20,000 bases of DNA, taken from the IMG/VR virus record IMGVR_UViG_3300028805_000115. The stretch is one strand, 5' to 3'. The notes beneath the pieces are model-generated. The model ran no database searches. It was not told the DNA's origin and was given only the letters and a program-made list of their open reading frames with translations. This document shows positions 15,954 through 20,000 of this stretch, piece after piece; positions within the stretch are counted from its first letter, which is position 1; every line of letters begins with the position of its first letter. The translations under genes were made by a program, and so were the position numbers. This DNA comes from an uncultured virus (IMG/VR IMGVR_UViG_3300028805_000115) (Duplodnaviria > Heunggongvirae > Uroviricota > Caudoviricetes).

Positions 15954-16106
15954 TAAAAGAAAAGCACATAACGATGAACACTGCTTATCTTTCATTGTAG
16001 ATGTTAAAATACTGCTAATATCCATCATTATGTGCTTCCCCCTGTTTTTTGTTTTATGCAAAAAGTATAAAACAAAAAAGAGACTCAAAACTATTGAGTC
16101 TCTTTT
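15954..16106 (-). promoter_or_regulatory. Structured leader/attenuator with three hairpins upstream of the cassette's structural genes
   Basis: AAAAGAGACUCAA/UUGAGUCUCUUUU plus U-tract; overlapping UUUUUUGUUUUAU/AUAAAACAAAAAA; ~19-bp AAGCACAUAAUGAUGGAUA/UGUUCAUCGUUAUGUGCUU with G-U pairs, followed by UUCUUUU. Confidence 0.7.
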
Positions 16107-16139
16107 AAAAAACTGTGAGAAAACTGTTATGAAAAAGCC

Positions 16140-16349
16140 TTAAAGGATTTTCATCATTTTTCTTTTTACTTCTCTTGCTATTGCGTATACAGTTGATTCT
16201 GAAGTATTCATTTCCATTGATATTTCAATATTTGATTTATCTTTTGCTCTTAAATTGAAATACTGTAATTCAGATGATGTAAAATTACATAATCTCCTGA
16301 ATACTTCTAATTCCGGCTCCGTAAACCGACAAATCTTCAACTGCTTCAT
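16140..16349 (-). CDS. Small LuxR/sigma-region-4-like HTH regulator (69 aa)
   Basis: NFTSSELQYFNLRAKDKSNIEISMEMNTSESTVYAIAREVKRKM; ATG at 16349 just after the lysin stop, RBS GAAGGA. Confidence 0.78.
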   Translation of the reverse strand: MKQLKICRFTEPELEVFRRLCNFTSSELQYFNLRAKDKSNIEISMEMNTSESTVYAIAREVKRKMMKIL

Positions 16350-16350
16350 A

Positions 16351-17127
16351 TTATCCTTCCCATATAAATCCCAATTTCTCTGCCGTCTTTTTACCGATTG
16401 TTCCTGTCTTATCATTAAGACCGTTATCATGTTTGAAGTTTTTACTTGCTATCTCTGTGTTCTTACCAAATATCCCATCAATCGTTCCGGGATTATAACC
16501 ATGAGCTTGAAGTAATAACTGTGCCTCTCTTACATCTTCACCACGCATACAAGGGTCGGTGAGTTTTAATTCTCTTTTCAGTATTGGCTTTTTGGGTTCA
16601 ACGACATACCAATCAGGACGTGTAGCATATTTCCATTTACGGTTGGCAATAACAGTTTCAACAACACCCTCATCATGATTCTTGCTTTCAATGGCTGATG
16701 TTTCACTGACTGCATATCCTATATGCCATTTATTATCGTCAGTGCCTTCAAAAAGATAATCACCATTACGTACTTCAGACAACGGTATCTCTTTTCCGTG
16801 TTTTTTAGTGTATCTGTAAAGAGCGTCAGCCGTCATATCCCCGTCAATGATACCATTCTCAAGTAAGAATTTGACCGCTAAACCACCGCAATCTTCACCA
16901 CGTATATCAAATATATTGACACCTTGTAAAAGCCTTTTATGAAGTAATGTCAATACTCGCTGGGTGTTATTAAAGGCTTCCTTTTCAGTATGGTTAATCA
17001 TTTCCATGTTCTTTATTCGTGGAAGCTGATTTACAAATAATTCACCATTACCGCTGTAAACATACAGGTCAATATTAACACGTGAGAAAAGGTAGTTATC
17101 CCAATCTTTAAGATATATTTTCGTCAT
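16351..17127 (-). CDS. Endolysin: NlpC/P60-like catalytic domain plus C-terminal PG_binding_1 domain
   Basis: YVYSG...DCGGL...TADALY...GDYLF...HIGY; GEDVREAQLLL...GY...DGIFGKNTE; ATG at 17127 after AAGGAG; follows the holin. Confidence 0.88.
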   Translation of the reverse strand: MTKIYLKDWDNYLFSRVNIDLYVYSGNGELFVNQLPRIKNMEMINHTEKEAFNNTQRVLTLLHKRLLQGVNIFDIRGEDCGGLAVKFLLENGIIDGDMTADALYRYTKKHGKEIPLSEVRNGDYLFEGTDDNKWHIGYAVSETSAIESKNHDEGVVETVIANRKWKYATRPDWYVVEPKKPILKRELKLTDPCMRGEDVREAQLLLQAHGYNPGTIDGIFGKNTEIASKNFKHDNGLNDKTGTIGKKTAEKLGFIWEG

Positions 17128-17323
17128 GCTCTGTCTCCTTTTCTTTCTTGCCCGATTGTGTACCAAAGTAGAAAGATACTACCATTAGGAAGACTTGTAA
17201 GAAGTCCTGTCCACTGATAGTCCCTTTGATTGATAAGTATGCAAATACACCTGTAAGTACAAAAGTGACGATTGATTTAACGTCTACTAACTTAGCAATC
17301 CTTTTTAAAATCGTCATCATCAT
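17108..17323 (-). CDS. Holin (2 TM segments)
   Basis: VKSIVTFVLTGVFAYLSI and FLQVFLMVVSFYFGTQ hydrophobic helices; charged tail; upstream of the lysin. Confidence 0.82.
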   Translation of the reverse strand: MMMTILKRIAKLVDVKSIVTFVLTGVFAYLSIKGTISGQDFLQVFLMVVSFYFGTQSGKKEKETEHDENIS

Positions 17324-17396
17324 TCCCTCCTTTCAATATTGCTAAAAACATACCTACTGTGACAATATAAAGTAAACCACATACTACATATTTCAT
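17292..17396 (-). CDS. 34-aa single-TM peptide, not in the ORF track
   Basis: MKYVVCGLLYIVTVGMFLAILKGGNDDDDFKKDC*; RBS AAGGAGG before the ATG; overlaps the holin start. Confidence 0.65.
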   Translation of the reverse strand: MKYVVCGLLYIVTVGMFLAILKGGNDDDDFKKDC

Positions 17397-17497
17397 GCTT
17401 CCTCCTTTTTTCAAATTTCCGAGGGTGGATATTTCGCCAGCCCTCGGTATAAACCCGTAGGTTTCAATAGTAAAATTTTGGTTTTATGTTGGTTATT

Positions 17498-17686
17498 TTA
17501 TAAATTTAAACTCGGTAAACCAAAGTGTGTGCATAACGCATTACATACATTAGCACATCCACAATTAAAATAGTAATCAGACTTTCTATCTCCTGTTGTT
17601 GTACCGTCTGATTTACTTGTGTGATTGCTGAAATATAATTCCTCTAATTTCTTATAAAGTTTTTTCTTTGATATTAAACCAAACAT
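17498..17686 (-). CDS. Small Cys-containing hypothetical protein (62 aa)
   Basis: MFGLISKKK...CGCANVCNALCTHFG; RBS AAAGGAG. Confidence 0.7.
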   Translation of the reverse strand: MFGLISKKKLYKKLEELYFSNHTSKSDGTTTGDRKSDYYFNCGCANVCNALCTHFGLPSLNL

Positions 17687-17699
17687 TGTTTTTCTCCTT

Positions 17700-17942
17700 T
17701 TATTCATCATATTCAAAATATGGGCAATCCTCATCATCCGATAACCCTAATTTACATTTACCATCCTTAAATACCTTACAGGAATCGCACAATTTCTCGT
17801 TTGTTTCTTCACCTGTTTCAATAGCAAACCCTGTTTCGTGGCATTGTGGACATTCTAATTCCGTTAATAAAACATCACGTTCTCTAACCGATACCCAACG
17901 CTTTAAACATTTAAGACATATTACTGTTGATACTTTCCACAT
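17700..17942 (-). CDS. Small double zinc-finger-like protein (80 aa)
   Basis: CLKC...CPQC ribbon and CDSC...C...CPYF; RBS AAGGGGA. Confidence 0.75.
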   Translation of the reverse strand: MWKVSTVICLKCLKRWVSVRERDVLLTELECPQCHETGFAIETGEETNEKLCDSCKVFKDGKCKLGLSDDEDCPYFEYDE

Positions 17943-17951
17943 AATTTCCCC

Positions 17952-17980
17952 TTTACAGTTTTAAAATATAATGATATAAT
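17952..17980 (+). promoter_or_regulatory. Plus-strand sigma-A/70 promoter
   Basis: TTTACA (17952-17957), 17 bp, TATAAT (17975-17980), with extended -10 TG. Confidence 0.75.
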
Positions 17981-17986
17981 AATTTT

Positions 17987-18049
17987 GCGTTGATATACTA
18001 CGGTTTTAACCGTGGATGGGAAGTCGGCATCTATTTGTCGGCTTTTTTT
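17987..18049 (+). ncRNA. Putative ~60-nt small RNA (internal hairpin plus intrinsic terminator)
   Basis: Follows the promoter; CUACGGUU-UU-AACCGUGG hairpin; AAGUCGGCA-UCUAUU-UGUCGGCUU-UUUUU terminator whose G-U pairs work only on the plus strand; no ORF. Confidence 0.65.
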
Positions 18050-18079
18050 ACTGAATGATAAAATGGTTATTTTATGGGG

Positions 18080-19999
18080 TTACTCTTTTGCCACATATGC
18101 AAATGACGTAAATACTTTTTCTGTTGATGAAGTAGTATAACTTGCCGCTGAACCGCCATAAGAATAAATATACTGACAACCAATTCCACCATCTGCTTGA
18201 ATCCTAAATCTTGCCATACGGCTATCAATCAATATCATTGCTGAATCATAAACTTCTATCGGCTTATCAATATCATCAACATAAGTAAGCATTTTTCCAA
18301 CGGGACAATTCCATGCGGTCAATATTCTTATTCTACCAATACGATAAATCTTCCAATTTTCGTTTGAACCCGAATAGTAAACTTTAACATCAACGTTCTT
18401 CAAACTATCTCCAAGAGCATTTAATGTTTCGCCCAACTGACTAACATCCGCCAAACTTGCCATCTCGCCGTTGTGGTAAGCAAGGCTGATTGAAGTGCCG
18501 TTAGTAGAGATGTAATTGTACCCCTGTGAAAGTGCGATTTCATGGGGTGTGAGTTGGATGGTGAATGGTGTGGCTAATTCATAAATAAATTGTCCCGTAG
18601 GTGAATTGCTATCCCCGACTACCAATCCTTTGCCTTGTCCGACAACTATTCTACCCGTTGTAAATGAATTATATGCCGCAACCTCAAATTTTGAACAATA
18701 AGCAACCGGAACCGCTGAATTTGATGAGGGAATCTTTATATCACTAATAGCGGCAGACGCATAACGAGGTGGTTCATTAGAATAGAATGTCCATGATAAG
18801 GTGGACAAGTCAACCTCTTTATGCGTAACCGTAAACTTCCCCGTCCTCGGATTGTACGTTCCACCATACACCGTCTGCCCCAAAGATTCGGATAAATCTG
18901 TGGTTTTAACGGGTGCTTGATAGGTTGTTGCTGTTTGACCTTCTTCAACTTGTATTTGAATGTTGTTTGTATTGTCATTCGTACAATAAATTAACAAATA
19001 CTTTGCACTTGCTGATGTCTGAACCGTTTGTGTACCCGTTGTTATTGCCCCGCCATTGTAAAGTGATGTATATACTCCATTAACAACAGGATATTCGGGA
19101 GATTCTGCAATACTAAATCTTGAACCGCCATTTTTATAAACAGTATAATATGTGCTTGCCTTTACCCTAACGATTGCTAATCGGCAACTTGAATCCGTCT
19201 TATATGTTGTACCATTTTCAAGGTAAGCATTTTGTAATGTTCCGTCCCATATATTCTTCCCACACGATGAAACCTCAATTTTATCGTAGCCAGATATAGG
19301 ACAGATGTTGGAGTAGGGAGCATATGCTGTGGGTTGACTTCCGCTTTCAATCTGTATATTTATAAGACCTACTGTTCCCGGAGTATAAACTGTTACTTTT
19401 GTAGCGTTTCCTGTCAAACTAAACGTGTTATATGATTGACTTGGCTGTAATGTAACCGTACCCAATAAATTGTCGCTCGCGTCATAAAACGAAAATGACA
19501 CATACGTTGTTCTTGTTGATGATGAGCCGATAGACATTACATAGTCACCGCTTGCAATAGTATCAATAGCCTCTTTATTTAATATCTGAGCACTACCACT
19601 TACATTGCCATAACTCCATTTATTCTTCCCCCCACCTGCGGGATAAGGCTTGCTCTGACCGTGTAAGTCCTGTATAGGCTCAAAGGTTATAACGGGATTT
19701 AACGCTATCTGTGCTGATTTGAGGTCTGCGATTGAGATGGGATTGCCCGACACGGGAGTTGTACTCTCGTCCATCTTGTCCGTGATGTTGTAAATTGCTT
19801 GAGTAAATGCCCTGTTCTCGACAGGATTAGTGCTTGTTGTGCTTAATGCCGAATCAACAGTGACACCAGTTGTGGGTGCATCTGTGATGTAATATGTGCC
19901 AGAAGCTTTCTGTTCAGGAGTAAGTGCGTCATATTCTGCTTGAGTCAAATCACGAGCGTTATCTAACTTAGTCGGATCAGTACGCTTGAGTATGTTCTC
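18080..19999 (-). CDS. Tail fibre / receptor-binding structural protein (5' end outside the window)
   Basis: Frame is open to the window edge (ENILKRTDPTKLDNARDLTQAEYDAL...); VDSALSTTSTNPVEN; two GKN-x-W...QxExGxxxTxYxP modules; YELATP; C-terminal YRIGRIRIL beta domain; upstream of the lysis genes. Confidence 0.82.
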   Translation of the reverse strand, partial: ENILKRTDPTKLDNARDLTQAEYDALTPEQKASGTYYITDAPTTGVTVDSALSTTSTNPVENRAFTQAIYNITDKMDESTTPVSGNPISIADLKSAQIALNPVITFEPIQDLHGQSKPYPAGGGKNKWSYGNVSGSAQILNKEAIDTIASGDYVMSIGSSSTRTTYVSFSFYDASDNLLGTVTLQPSQSYNTFSLTGNATKVTVYTPGTVGLINIQIESGSQPTAYAPYSNICPISGYDKIEVSSCGKNIWDGTLQNAYLENGTTYKTDSSCRLAIVRVKASTYYTVYKNGGSRFSIAESPEYPVVNGVYTSLYNGGAITTGTQTVQTSASAKYLLIYCTNDNTNNIQIQVEEGQTATTYQAPVKTTDLSESLGQTVYGGTYNPRTGKFTVTHKEVDLSTLSWTFYSNEPPRYASAAISDIKIPSSNSAVPVAYCSKFEVAAYNSFTTGRIVVGQGKGLVVGDSNSPTGQFIYELATPFTIQLTPHEIALSQGYNYISTNGTSISLAYHNGEMASLADVSQLGETLNALGDSLKNVDVKVYYSGSNENWKIYRIGRIRILTAWNCPVGKMLTYVDDIDKPIEVYDSAMILIDSRMARFRIQADGGIGCQYIYSYGGSAASYTTSSTEKVFTSFAYVAKE

Positions 20000-20000
20000 G

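Noticed and set aside
15780..16088. 102-aa minus-strand ORF
   Set aside because: Starts inside a terminator hairpin and overlaps the peptidase-like gene out of frame; only a shorter start at the AUGAUG near 16028 remains conceivable
18080..18450. Diversity-generating retroelement target in the tail-fibre tip
   Set aside because: No template repeat or reverse transcriptase in the window; cannot be excluded elsewhere in the genome
1..20000. Stop-codon reassignment
   Set aside because: Standard-code ORFs tile the window densely, and TAA, TAG and TGA all end genes at sensible positions

Overview
A 20-kb segment of a tailed dsDNA phage (or prophage), most likely from a Bacillota/Clostridia-type host, judged by strong AGGAGG RBSs, consensus sigma-A promoters and an NlpC/P60 + PG-binding lysin. 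Essentially all genes are on the minus strand. In transcription order (right to left): the 3' part of a tail fibre/receptor-binding gene; a small insert flanked by a 12-bp direct repeat (two Cys-rich ORFs plus a plus-strand sRNA); a small membrane peptide, holin and endolysin; an 8-gene accessory cassette of unknown function (LuxR-like HTH, putative Cys peptidase, Q/N/G-rich proteins, BclA-C-like beta protein) with structured RNA leaders; an SNF2/HARP helicase and small early genes; then a complete replisome. The replisome comprises an initiator with internal iterons, a DnaC-like loader, DnaB helicase, primase, gp32-like SSB and a family A polymerase, followed by the start of a possible CmoA-like methyltransferase. 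The most notable observations are: (1) a pseudoknotted/switch-like attenuator RNA in front of the replication initiator; (2) a GIY-YIG homing endonuclease that appears to have replaced the 3' end of the primase gene, leaving the old end stranded downstream; (3) the uncharacterised accessory cassette; (4) an orphan ~60-nt antisense-strand sRNA with its own promoter and terminator; (5) repeated promoter-leader-RBS modules; and (6) near-total GATC avoidance. All calls come from motif reading by eye; no database search or folding program was run.
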